A stretch of 61,912 nt of DNA, filler included, from Collodictyon triciliatum (lineage: Eukaryota), in the NCBI GenBank assembly GCA_043381765.1. It is 27 parts of 27 records of this genome, joined end to end, with 100 filler letters (N's around TTAATTAATTAA, not from the genome) between each part and the next. Parts side by side here need not be neighbours in the genome. Positions count along the whole stretch, not along the records: positions 11,510 to 13,709 come from JBHJMP010009299.1; positions 13,810 to 16,007 come from JBHJMP010009300.1; positions 16,108 to 18,305 come from JBHJMP010009301.1; positions 18,406 to 20,603 come from JBHJMP010009302.1; positions 20,704 to 22,900 come from JBHJMP010009303.1; positions 23,001 to 25,197 come from JBHJMP010009306.1; 21 more parts are not named here. One strand, 5' to 3'. A program made the position numbers and the translations under genes. Below, in pieces: positions 12,144-23,983 of this stretch (within the stretch, counting starts at the first letter, position 1; every line of letters begins with the position of its first letter). Below the pieces are notes generated by a model. It searched no databases. It was not told the DNA's origin and saw nothing but the letters and a program-made list of their open reading frames with translations.

Positions 12144-13136
12144 TTAGTAAGTGACAAACCTGAATGGATCCGATTGGATGGTGTAAAGAGTCCCATCGAT
12201 ACCAAAGCAGAAGCAGGAGAGATTTTCAATCGGGATTTTGTGTTCCATGTCCCCTTGTTTGTTAAAGAATTGGAGCTGGTTATTCGACCGATTCCCAAAC
12301 ACGAATCCGCCGCCAGGACCACGCTTCACATGTTCTCCTCCAGAAACCTTTTGGACGGGTATTTTACGAAGGAACTCACCATTGTTTTTAAATGCAAGCA
12401 AATTGTTTTCTTCCTCACCAGCGACGATAAGTTGATCAAACCCGTCAACGGTGACTCCCCATGCCCATCCAACCCTCACTCCAGACTCTTTCTGGTTGCC
12501 AAACCTTCTTACAAACTCGCTTTCTTCGGTGCATTGTTGCATATGGCGATTGGCCCCATCCGATATAAACATGTTACCAACCGAGTCAAATGCAACGTCT
12601 TGCGGGAAATAAAAGGAGGACTTCATTTCAGAGTTTTGACGACCAATCACACGGATATATTCCAAATCAGAAGTGAAAAGCTTGATGCATGAATCACCAT
12701 TGCTGACCACTGCGACTGTCCCTTTGAGAGAAACATCTAAACCACGGGGGTCTTGGAGTGACCCGGAATGGAAGTCTCCAGACGAATGGTATTTTAACGG
12801 CTCTAGAGCAGGCGTTAAAGACAGTACCACACCAAGAGATGATATTGTCACATAAATATTCCCAGTAATCGGATTGACTGCCATCGCATACGGATTGTCT
12901 ATACTGTTGAGACCAGGAAATGAGAGAGATGAAAATGGAACTGTTTTCTTTGGAAGAAGGTAAGAGTGGCTTGGGCGCAAAATAGGCGGGAATCCCACCG
13001 ATACGTAGGTCGAGGGTTGAATAGAAGGCTCGAGCGAAACACTTATGGACAATGGTAGATGCAGATTGATGCCAGATTCTTTGACTGCAATCTTCAAAGA
13101 GGATTGGGCCAGTCGAACGATCGATAAGACTCGCAT
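12144..13136 (-). CDS. NHL-repeat beta-propeller protein, C-terminal exon (TRIM-NHL-like)
   Basis: NHL motifs NPYAMAVNPITGNIYVT, LQDPRGLDVSLKGTVAVV, FYFPQDVAFDSVGNMFISDGANRHMQ and AWGVTVDGFDQLIVA. Probable upstream exons at ~13200-13545. Confidence 0.88.
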   Translation of the reverse strand: MRVLSIVRLAQSSLKIAVKESGINLHLPLSISVSLEPSIQPSTYVSVGFPPILRPSHSYLLPKKTVPFSSLSFPGLNSIDNPYAMAVNPITGNIYVTISSLGVVLSLTPALEPLKYHSSGDFHSGSLQDPRGLDVSLKGTVAVVSNGDSCIKLFTSDLEYIRVIGRQNSEMKSSFYFPQDVAFDSVGNMFISDGANRHMQQCTEESEFVRRFGNQKESGVRVGWAWGVTVDGFDQLIVAGEEENNLLAFKNNGEFLRKIPVQKVSGGEHVKRGPGGGFVFGNRSNNQLQFFNKQGDMEHKIPIENLSCFCFGIDGTLYTIQSDPFRFVTY

Positions 13137-13672
13137 AAATTGTCCTGTTACTTTTTTGGGAGAGTGATAGGGCAGGATAGAATCGAACGGTGAAGAATTA
13201 CCATCGATTCGTGCTCTGATAACGGCTTCTTGATACTTGCTTCACATTTCCGAAGCTAATATAAATACCAAAAAAGAGCACATATTATTAGATGATGGTC
13301 CTTTTTTTCTTTCTTTTTTTGATTTTTTTTGCAAAAAAAAAAAAACCCTCTCCAAGTATCATTTACACAAATTCCAAAAGATAAAACCCTAGATATGGAG
13401 CACCAGAACAAACATTTTGATTGGAAAAGTTTAAAGTATTGCCTCATCGATGAAAGCTGTCTCTACACGTTCAGTACATTGAACGAGTTCATTAAGAGGA
13501 ATATCAACAAGATTTGAGGCCATCACACTCTGGTTTTCGATCTGGTAAGACTCTCGATTAGATAAAATGAAAATGGGATTTGGTACCTTCGCACACTTTT
13601 TGGTGAAAGCACTTTTTGTTTTTTGTTTTTTTTTTGTTTTTTTTGTTTTTTTTGTTTTTTTTTGTTTTTTTT

Positions 13673-13709
<37 letters not shown>

Positions 13710-13923
13710 NNNNNNNNNNNNNNNNNNNNNNNNNNNNNNNNNNNNNNNNNNNNTTAATTAATTAANNNNNNNNNNNNNNNNNNNNNNNNNNNNNNNNNNN
13801 NNNNNNNNNTCTTCTCTTTTCTTCTCTTTTCTTCTCTTTTCTTCTCTTTTCTTCTCTTTTCTTCTCTTTTCTTCTCTTTTCTTCTCTTTTCTTCTCTTTT
13901 CTTCTCTTTTTTATTTCAAAAAG

Positions 13924-15862
13924 GTCTTTTGCTTCAGAGACTAGAAACGTATTTATTGAGCCTTCTCATAACGCACAGGTAACACGAAGTCAATGTACAA
14001 AACAAATCGCAGTTGAGATTATTTTGCTGCTGGTTTGTTTATTTCAGGAAAGTGATAAATATATATCCACGTTCATTAGTATATGATGATTGGTGCGGCT
14101 ACTGTGGGTTATGAAATGATGCACGCTCAGGCAATTCCTCAGTGTATCGTTATCCCGATGCGAACGTTTGAACGAGGCTGGGCTGCCATCGCTGGTATTG
14201 CCTATTATTGCAAGGTAATTAGTGAAATTAATAAAAATAAAAAAAGCTATTGAATTAAAGTTTAAGATAAATAAGATTTAGTTCATTTTTAAAAATTTTC
14301 TTTTCCTTTTTCTCTCTTCCTTTTTCTGCTTATCTCTTCTCTAACCAACGCAGACTGTTGAGCCAACTCTGAGAATTGCAGTTGCATCGATGTCGGATTT
14401 CAATCGCCATATTTTGTTCCCAGACATATTGGAAACATCATGGGTACGTAATATTGTCTTTATCAACGAGTAATTCAGTAGGTCTCCAGTCCGTCAAAAA
14501 GGAAGAAACAGAAACAGAACCTGTAACTTTTGTTTTTTCACAGATTACTAGTATATACCCCTCTGTTGCTTTTAATGAGACTTTCTATCGAATGGAAAAG
14601 TTTGTGTTTATTTCCCTCACTTATAAAAATACTTTTGGAAATATTGTAATTGTTTTTATTTCTTCAAAAAATAAAAGTAACTAAAAAATTTCTAAAATCA
14701 TATCCTTTTCTTCCCTAGTGAAAAAGGAACTATCGGATTTAAGGAACTCAATAAAATTTTCCAAAAAATACCCAAAGGGGATTCTAGGTTTCTCTATATT
14801 GAATAAAACGAATTTCATAATGCAGATGTCATTATATATTAACAAGCAAAAATTCTCCAAGATTGACTCTTGTTGACTATCTTTCATCTGAATCGAATAA
14901 GTTTGTAAATTATATTAATTACAATAATCAAATCAATTTATTGACAAAGTCACTTAATTTAGTAAATGCTCATCTCCTTATTAAAAGATATTATCGTGAT
15001 ACTGATCGATACTAATTCGACTATTTCTCTTTGAACTACAAGTTTGAACTTGACGCAATTTACCGATGTCATCAAACAAGAATCAGACGAAGCTGGTTGG
15101 ACGTTGTTTTCTCTTGTTTAATTTACACATAATATGCAGTAATAACTCACTATTTATGTGTTCACGCCACATGTTTTATAGAATTAGACTTCATGACCAG
15201 AAACTCTCACGTGTTTGACCATCTGAAGCTTGATGTGATGCTCACAAATCAGTTAGTAAACGCAGTTTTTGTCGTCTGAAGCCATTCTCATATGAGAGTA
15301 TCTGATATATGTACCCCAGATAATATCATTTTCCTAGTGTTATCAATGAGGTGGCCAATATTACTGAAAATGAGGCCGCACATGCATTCTTGCGGGTTCT
15401 TGAGTATACCCGAACCACCGCAGATGGAAAAGGGTCTTTGGCGCTTGCTAGTAATCACTTTAACCACTTCCATATCTATTTTACAAGAATGTTTTTTTCT
15501 CATTTAAGACAGCCAACACTATTTTGCTGCGAATATTCAAAAAGCTGTTGTCCTTTCTTGCACTTGAGTTTGGTGAAGATGTCCACCTAATGTTTTTTCA
15601 TCTCATAGGTTTATTGTTTAACAAAGTGAAGGTTCATTCAATCGAACGCGTTGTTTGCCTTGTATCAGGTACACTGACGTACTTTCCTCTTTCTAGATAT
15701 TGTACCTATTAAATCTCAAATATCATTCCTTTTTTTTAAAAAAAAATTACAAATAAAATAAAGGTGGAAACATCGAGCCCCAGAATTTCGACGCAGCGAT
15801 TGATTATGGAATCAGTATTATGGGACAGTATTTTACTATGGAAGTTGTTGCACCTGATAACA
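13924..15862 (+). CDS. Threonine/serine ammonia-lyase-like (fold-type II PLP family) protein with the start of a C-terminal ACT domain; internal fragment, at least 7 exons
   Basis: The spliced text FIEPSHNAQ|YMMIGAATVGYEMMHAQAIPQCIVIPMRTFERGWAAIAGIAYYCK|TVEPTLRIAVA ... ITENEAAHAFLRVLEYTRTTADGKGSLALA|SLLFNK...VVCLVSG|GNIEPQNFDAAIDYGISIMGQYFTMEVVAPDN parallels the IlvA/TdcB motifs FIHPFDD, GQGTIGLEI and SGGNID. Confidence 0.75.
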
Positions 15863-16266
15863 GTGAATCAATATCACAGGTTTTGTTGTAGTTTAAGTGC
15901 CTTTTCTCCTTTTCTCCTTTTCTCCTTTTCTCCTTTTCTCCTTTTCTCCTTTTCTCCTTTTCTCCTTTTCTCCTTTTCTCCTTTTCTCCTTTTCTCCTTT
16001 TCTTCTTNNNNNNNNNNNNNNNNNNNNNNNNNNNNNNNNNNNNNNNNNNNNTTAATTAATTAANNNNNNNNNNNNNNNNNNNNNNNNNNNNNNNNNNNNN
16101 NNNNNNNAAAAGATAAAAAAGATAAAAAAGATAAAAAAGATAAAAAAGATAAAAAAGATAAAAAAGATAAAAAAGATAAAAAAGATAAAAAAGATAAAAA
16201 AGATAAAAAATAGTAACGTCATATCATTATTACAATTCTTGCCGATGTTCACTCACAAAATAATAG

Positions 16267-16372
16267 GGTGCCAATCCGGACGAACTCGCACAACTGAAGC
16301 ACAAATTCCCGCGGGTTGGGCAAGCTGTTGGGGCCGACCGCAAGAAAGCAATACTTGCCTTCATTCAGAATC

Positions 16373-16419
<47 letters not shown>

Positions 16420-17319
16420 GAACAACAACAACAACAACAGCAACAGCAACAACAACAGCAACAGCAACAGCGGAACATAGAACTATGCGGGATACGAAAA
16501 CTAGAGGGAAAGAGATGGGTTATCCTAGATGACGGGTTTCAACACCATCGTATCGGACGATTATTGGATATTGTTATGATAAATTGCTGGGAGCCTTTTG
16601 GAATTGGTGGGGATATTCGTGAATCGCAGAAAAAGTATGGACATGTCATTCCCAAAGGAAACCTGCGAGAACCCATCACCGCCTTGTCTGATGCTGATGT
16701 GATTGCCCTACATCACTCAAACCATGTTTCAGCTGCAGAGCTGTCGCTTATAAAGCAAATGATTACAGAGGCGATTGGTCCCCACAATAAAGCAAGACAG
16801 CCTTTGATTCTAGAATCCTTTTTCAAGTGGACGCATTTCACGGTTTACGATTTTGGGATGGCCCAGTTTTCAAGCAAAGACGACGTCAACCAGACCAAAG
16901 CTCATCTTACTAGGCACGAGCTGTGCGGCACGATAGTAAAAGAGCTGGAGAAGATTAAAGAGTACTCTCGAGTATATGTCATTTGTGGATTGGGAGACCT
17001 GCGCGCGTATCATAGGCAATGGTCTGATTTGCATCCTTGTATTGAATGGCACACACTCGGCGACCATCAGAGTTTGTCTCCGGCCCAATGCAGCCTCTTG
17101 GTGGAGCGATTGACGCACGAATCAAAGTGTGTTGGAGAGGCACATAAGCTCACGGCTATAGGAGTATCCGAAAAGGACTTTTTCAGACAGAGGAGCGATT
17201 ACATCGCTATTGCCGAAAGGACAGGGGTTCCTGTTTGGGTTGTCTCTGGTGAATTGAACATCTCGTCAGGAGAGTCTGATTTCCGGGCGCTGCTGCAGAA
17301 GAAGATAGGCGATACCTGA
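16267..17319 (+). CDS. lpxK: Tetraacyldisaccharide 4'-kinase (lipid A biosynthesis), last exon, with a poly-Q insert; 5' partial
   Basis: One frame runs from an AG acceptor at 16265-16266: GANPDELAQL..VGADRKKA..(Q)n..WVILDDGFQHHRIGRLLDIVMIN..IPKGNLREP..LSDADVI..SEKDFFR. This matches the LpxK motifs DDGxQH, PxGxLREP and TEKD. Confidence 0.9.
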
Positions 17320-17729
17320 TTCAAGTTTCATGATTCTCGACGTGTGAATGTATTGTGGTCTCTTTCTGTCTAAAAATATTGTCGCGTTACTTCAGTATGT
17401 TCAAAACAAAATAAGTTTCTAGCTCCAGAGCACTCAATTCAAGAAAAATTCAAGAAAAATCAATTAAAATAACAAATAAAAGAAGGGTCATAAACCAAAT
17501 AAAGACGAGACCACAAGCATTATTTAGATATACGCTTTATTTCAAAATCCGGGAATAATCACTTAAATTATCGTAGTGACAGATTAGTTTCTTTTTCTTC
17601 TTTTTCAATCGTGTGATTCATTCGAGTCTAGTTGAATGTAATGAAATTCTCTTCGGATGCCTTCTTCCACGAGAGCAGTTTTGTTCTCACGACTCTTCAA
17701 AGAAGGCACAGCCGACCGAGTGAAGTAGC

Positions 17730-18044
17730 TTAAACATCAAGGAGTTTCTGTGACGACCTGTCTCGACGCCTCTTCTTCCACTCTCTTAACATTCGTGCGA
17801 CCATTAAGTCCGGGCGGTAAAATACTACACCGCTTACGACACCTAATTGAAAAAGAAAATAGAAATAAATAAAAAAAATGAAGAGCGATAAGGTAAAGTT
17901 AAGATATAGCTGGTTGCATTCCTAGTTATGAGCGCGTGAAGGATAAATTAAAAGAATTCAGTCACACATACCGATAGCAAGGAAGACGTATACAATATTC
18001 TGGATGTAGCTACTAATCATCATCCACCTTTTTCTATCGCCCAT
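17730..18044 (-). CDS. Small single-pass membrane protein, 61 aa, 2 exons
   Basis: Exons 18044-17972 and 17842-17730, joined across a gtatgt...ttag intron, give MGDRKRWMMISSYIQNIVYVFLAIGVVSGVVFYRPDLMVARMLREWKKRRRDRSSQKLLDV*. Confidence 0.65.
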
Positions 18045-18441
18045 TAAAGTGATTATTCGATTTTTTTTTTAATTTTTCATGAACAGAGTCTGCATATTTG
18101 TCAGAAGCCAAAAGAAGATCAATCAATCAATCAATAATCATAGAAGATATATAAAATATAAAAAAGCAAAAATAATAGAAAACAAATAGAAAACAAATAG
18201 AAAACAAATAGAAAACAAATAGAAAACAAATAGAAAACAAATAGAAAACAAATAGAAAACAAATAGAAAACAAATAGAAAACAAATAGAAAACAAATAGA
18301 AAACANNNNNNNNNNNNNNNNNNNNNNNNNNNNNNNNNNNNNNNNNNNNTTAATTAATTAANNNNNNNNNNNNNNNNNNNNNNNNNNNNNNNNNNNNNNN
18401 NNNNNGGTTTTTAAATTTTTTTTTTTATAAAAATTTTTTTT

Positions 18442-18492
<51 letters not shown>

Positions 18493-18499
18493 GAAATAG

Positions 18500-18787
18500 G
18501 TGTAAAACTATCTGTACTTTTTGTATGCTTCGATTACTGCTACGGTGTAATTTTTTTCAAGGCTGTTGTTCTGACACATGTATTTGTTTCATAAAACTGG
18601 AATAGATCGACATTATCGATATTCTTCTGAAATTAACGCCGCCAAACTTATATTCTGGCTTTCGCCTTATTTTTGAGAAACTCATTACGCTTGTCTTCTC
18701 TGACGAGGTATCGTTGAAATTTTTCTTCAAATGTGATGAATATCTTGCTATGCTTACATTTTCCATTTGGCTTATTTGAAACCAATG

Positions 18788-18847
<60 letters not shown>

Positions 18848-18848
18848 A

Positions 18849-18899
<51 letters not shown>

Positions 18900-20174
18900 G
18901 TAGGAAGGCGACTTCATGAGGATAACATACATCAGTCCATTCTCTCGCTTAATTGTGACCAATACGCCTGTAACAAAAATCATTAAATATGGAAATCGGG
19001 CGGATTTAAAGAATATATAAATACGCACTTTTTTTTTTGTAATGACGGACAACCTTTATCTCTACTTCCAATAGTTCTTTTTGGAGTTCTTCAGGAGCGT
19101 GCCTGTAAATTCTCAGTTCCAATCCGCTAATGGAACTGTTCTTGGGGCATTCCTTGATATCTGGATTGAAAAGGTATTTATGATGTACAAATGTAATAAG
19201 GAATAAAGTAATTATTGTGTCTTGATTAAAAAAAACTCAATTTAATTATACTAGGCTGATAATATTGTCCGCGCAGCCAAACGACGTTTGTCTGCATATT
19301 CGTTATGTCAGCTTCTTTTGAGTGGAGAGGAAGTTGTCTATCTGGTAATCATGTCATTAGTTTATTTCATCTTTTTCCTTAAGAAAAGAAATAATTGAAC
19401 CCCAAAAGGCAGAAACCTCATCAAATTGGAATACTTTGCTATGCCATTAAAAATAGAATATTGGGGCTATTCTCAACCACTGCATCGAAGCTATTGCCGA
19501 TTCGAGTGACGAAAGACTTGTGCAAGAGTGAATGATAATTCATTTTCGACCTATATGCCTGTTTATTTTCGTTTGGTTTGTTGTTTGTATGTATGTATGT
19601 ATGTATGTATGTATGTATGTATGTATGTATGTATGTATGTATGTATGTATGTATGTATGTATGTATGTATGTATGTATGTATGTATGTATGTTCGTATGT
19701 TCGCATATTCGCATATTCGTTTATATGTTTACTTCATTCATATTTGTACGTGTTTTGACTTAAGGGTATTTTTGCTGGTCTCTGGCGAACCGGACGAGGA
19801 TGGAGAAGTGGCAACACCCCTCGTTGAAAGTGAACGCAAGAAAAATGTGCATCTAATTATTATTTTTTTGAAACACATCCATAATTTCCTGCTAAATTTT
19901 GATTCGTACATAGAATTAGTGTTTATATAAATTCAAAAATATGCGTAATCCTTTTAATGTAAGTTAAATTATTTTTTTAAAAAAAAACAATCTTGAATTC
20001 AAGCTTTACCGTTCGGATGTTGTGTACACGGTGGACTTAAGGCAAATGGTTCTACGAACTCTCATAGTTCTGGAACAAACACTTGGAAAGCTGCGTTATG
20101 ATGCACTGATGCAACAAGTCGACCCTAGTGTATTAGCCCAACTGCAAGCAGCAACAGAAGTGGGGTCTCAGTAA
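18500..20174 (+). CDS. IPO11: Importin-11 (Kap120) C-terminal region, multi-exon, 5' partial
   Basis: Spliced FLDIWIEK|ADNIVRAAKRRLSAYSLCQLL, ESERKKN and DVVYTVDLRQMVLRTLIVLEQTLGKLRYDALMQQVDPSVLAQLQ* parallel the importin-11 C-terminus. Confidence 0.8.
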
Positions 20175-20505
20175 GGAGCTGATACAGGAGCCAATAAGGA
20201 CATCAAAGCTGAAGTATGTGCGGAGGCATGGATTGTCTTCATATATTTTAGGATGTATAATTTTTCTCTTGTATTTTTAGCCCTCTTTTTTTTCTTTTTC
20301 TTTTTTTTTTAGTCGTAACTTATGACCGTTCGAATCACTCATGGTCTGCATGCTTTGTTGTCGCCAGGAATAGGCAGCAGGGCTTCACCTCGAGACAATC
20401 ATGATATCTTTTTTCGTGGTGGCGAATCAACATAATGTCGTCCTGGAGACAAACATCTCCATAAAGCTGCCCAAAATTGATGCAGAAGATTAGATTTTTA
20501 CTTGG

Positions 20506-20603
<98 letters not shown>

Positions 20604-21176
20604 NNNNNNNNNNNNNNNNNNNNNNNNNNNNNNNNNNNNNNNNNNNNTTAATTAATTAANNNNNNNNNNNNNNNNNNNNNNNNNNNNNNNNNNNNNNNNN
20701 NNNTTTTTATTTTGTTTTTTTATTTTGTTTTTTTATTTTGTTTTTTTATTTTGTTTTTTTTGTTCTGTTTTTTTTTCGGCCGGGAATGAGAGAAGTTTAA
20801 AGCGATCGTGCTGAACTCTGGTTAGGGGTGATTTGTTTCGAATGGGGAAAGAAAAACAAATATTGTAAGGAACAATTCAATGTGTGTCTTTATTTTCTTC
20901 GTGTTACAACTCCGAAAGAAGAGATCGGATTGGTGAAAAGAATATCGAGGAAGAGCTAGGTCAGCACTTGCGTGATAGATGAATGGGGATACGAACAGAT
21001 AAAGGAGATATACTTGTGGACTGAGAGAAAGAGATCATGTAAACACAGTTATATATTTTTCTTTCGCTGTGTCAGGCTGTTGCTTTTAGAACCACCCATA
21101 AAATCTACCTTTCTTTTTTCTACTTTCCTTTCAATCTAGAAAACAGAAAAGAGACCCCTCGCAATCACTGTATCCA

Positions 21177-21522
21177 CTACTTGTTTGATGTGACACTCTG
21201 GAACAAATCGTTCGCCTTTTCTTTCAAGTTTTCCTGAGGAACAAAGACGGCAATAGGTACAAATTAATCAAACAGACAGATACAAATGGATATCGCGAAA
21301 ATCTTATTGGCTTCAGAAGTAGTGTTTCGATGACGAATGAATACCAACCAACACGCACGTCCGGTAAGCTTCGAATTCTTCTGAACATGCCGTCGTAAAG
21401 TCTCCTTTGAGGAACTTATCCTTATACCTTTACACATATTATTGAATTATACGATGAAGTTGAAAAGAAATGAATGTAATCATGGTATGGTATGATTATT
21501 CGATTCGAATAAAGTATTTGTG

Positions 21523-21564
<42 letters not shown>

Positions 21565-21749
21565 AAAATGGGATAATGAGAGGAAGAGGGATCTTCAATA
21601 GGGCGAGAGAAATGTGACAAGCTAAAAAAAAAGTGTTACCAGTGGAAAAAGCACTCTTCGTATTTCTCTTTCACACTGAGGCATTCCTTCGTCGGCGACT
21701 GGACTGGCGGATCTTCTTTACCTGGCTTTGGTTTTGAAGAATCAGCCAT
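21177..21749 (-). CDS. TRIAP1: Mdm35/TRIAP1 twin CX9C mitochondrial intermembrane-space protein, complete, 81 aa, 3 exons
   Basis: Exons 21749-21640, 21427-21349 and 21233-21177 give MADSSKPKPGKEDPPVQSPTKECLSVKEKYEECFFHWYKDKFLKGDFTTACSEEFEAYRTCVLENLKEKANDLFQSVTSNK*. Not in the ORF track. Confidence 0.92.
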
Positions 21750-22242
21750 GGCGCCTGGCAGATGTGCGGAGGAATTAAAGTGACGTAGGCGTAATAATAA
21801 TAATACTCAGCCAGAAGGTGAAAGTAACACGGGTCTGGTATGTGGAAGAAAAAGCTGACTTTGGTGACTCGGGCTGTTGAGGTTGTCGCGGAAGACTGGG
21901 CCGGGAAAGAGAAAAACAATAGAGGAAAACAAACAGGAGAAAAGAAAAAAAAGGAGGAACATGTGTTTGACAGTAACCGCGAGCAAACAGGCTTCAGGAG
22001 GGATTCCCAGGGCTCGAACTCAACAGCCTGAGAAGGTTTTGTATGTGTATTGCTGTCCTGAACAAAGTGTTTCGTTTCACCTGTTCCTTTGGCTGGGTGG
22101 TTGTTCGGGAGATTTGCGTGTGGCTGCGTGGCGGTTTGCATGGATTCAAGCGCTCTGGGAATTTGGCAATTTAGAAGTCTTCGTGATTTTCTTTTGCCTT
22201 TCACGCGACAAAGTCTAAGTGCACATGGAAGCAGATTATTAA

Positions 22243-22530
22243 TTTTTTTTTTTTTTTATTCTTCCTTTGTGTTTTGTGCAGGATGGTGGAAGTTTTGGCT
22301 TTGTTTCGCTAGCCATCGTTTGCGTAGGCGCTATTTGATGGCCGGATGGCAGAGAAGTAGTCGGTCATCAGGAATTGCATCCTGCGGTTTGGCCTGTAGC
22401 CTGGGTCTTGTGTTTGCATGAGAGATACAAGACGAGGTTTAATCTCTTTCTCGGCTTCTGTCTACATGTTTCTTCTCACAAGGTCTGAGTAGTAGAGAGC
22501 GTCCAGGTGGCAATGAAGTTGTAGGATGCG
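22243..22530 (-). mobile_element. 3' end of an L1/Tx1-like LINE with poly(A) tail
   Basis: T15 at 22243-22257 is a poly(A) on the minus strand, preceded by AAT. About 270 bp are homologous to 3885-4140, and the terminal part matches 11121-11191. Confidence 0.8.
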
Positions 22531-23001
22531 GAAGCAGGTATTAATTACGACAACAGGCCCGCATATTAATCCTTCGAAGAACTTTGAGAGCCCCACGCAC
22601 TGGGCGCAATCCTTTGCACACTAAGCAAAGTATACCTTTGAAAGCTTCCTGTGGAACTTATTATCACTGGTTATTCTTATTTTTTGCATGGATTTTGATA
22701 CGTCATGTCACATACCATACGAATATTGTGATAATCTACGCATACCTTGACCTTGAATGCGGGTTAAAGATGTACATTTAATGTTGATTCCATTTTTTGT
22801 ACTATTCTTTTTATTCTTTTTATTCTTTTTATTCTTTTTATTCTTTTTATTCTTTTTATTCTTTTTATTCTTTTTATTCTTTTTATTCTTTTTATTCTTT
22901 NNNNNNNNNNNNNNNNNNNNNNNNNNNNNNNNNNNNNNNNNNNNTTAATTAATTAANNNNNNNNNNNNNNNNNNNNNNNNNNNNNNNNNNNNNNNNNNNN
23001 T

Positions 23002-23288
23002 GAGACTTTGAACAGTCTGCGGTTTGCCTCAAAGGTCTAAAATCTCTAAAATCCCCATATAAGCAACCTTTTTCGTGGCGTAACCTGTTCAAATTATTTT
23101 GAGCATATAAAGCTTCCCAATAGTTTCCCCCTATTATTCGATTTTAAAGTAAATCTATCTAATTTTTATTCTCAATAATCTAAATAGATGGTGTATTTTA
23201 ACGAGTTTGTATTCAATTTAAGGTTAATGCATGTGAAATTGGCCAAGCCCGACGCCTCACCATGTCCGAGTCCAAGAAGTCTTCATAG
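23002..23288 (-). other. Minus strand over this interval carries no supported feature; see the plus-strand kinesin-14 entry
   Basis: No motif-bearing open frame was recognised on this strand. Confidence 0.1.
23002..23288 (+). CDS. C-terminal end of a kinesin-14 (C-terminal motor) gene
   Basis: ETLNSLRFASK|gt...ag|VNACEIGQARRLTMSESKKSS* is the end of the kinesin motor domain (helix 6) followed closely by the stop, as in KIFC1/Ncd/Kar3. Confidence 0.8.
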
Positions 23289-23983
23289 GCTGACGAATTC
23301 ACACGCGCTCATTCTGCAGTTTATGCGTTGTAAATCCACTCTGCTCTGCGATGGGCTAAAAAAACCATCTTACCGCCCAGTCTATTGTTCATATATTTTC
23401 CGTCTCCCCTTCCTTTCCATAATAAAATAACGAGAAGCAGCAAATATTCATGTCGCCTCTTCATAAACCCTCAGCTGCATTGGCCCATCAAATGGTGTGT
23501 GCATGAGACTCATTACTGCTTCCAAATACATGTGCAACAAACAGGTTGTGATAAGCTCTCGTCCCTCGTGTTCATGAATAAAGAAACAATCACAATAGAG
23601 ACTAATTAATGAAGAATTATCAGGTTCAAATTAACCATTGATGAAGATTAGAGACTATTTGGTTGAAAGCGAACAATTATCTATTGAGTTATTCAATGTC
23701 ACATATGGGCCAGAACAATCGATGGGAATATATTGCAATACGAACCCTAGCACGATGATAGATAGAAACAAATTACAGACATATAGCCAAGAACCTGGAT
23801 GTGTCGTTTCTGTCGTGAACTCCCACATTTTGTAGATTTCCCAACATGATATTCTCACGCATATTGTTGTTTTTATTTTTTGTATAGATTGTGCAGATTG
23901 CAGGTGGGTGGTGGGACGGACAAGCGCATGAGTCCATGAAGACTCGCTGAGTTGTTGCGACCGGATGAGCGGTTTGAAGGACC

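Noticed and set aside
13137-13545. Possible frameshift or in-frame TGA in upstream exons of the NHL gene
   Set aside because: Exon boundaries cannot be fixed from sequence alone, so recoding or pseudogene status cannot be claimed.
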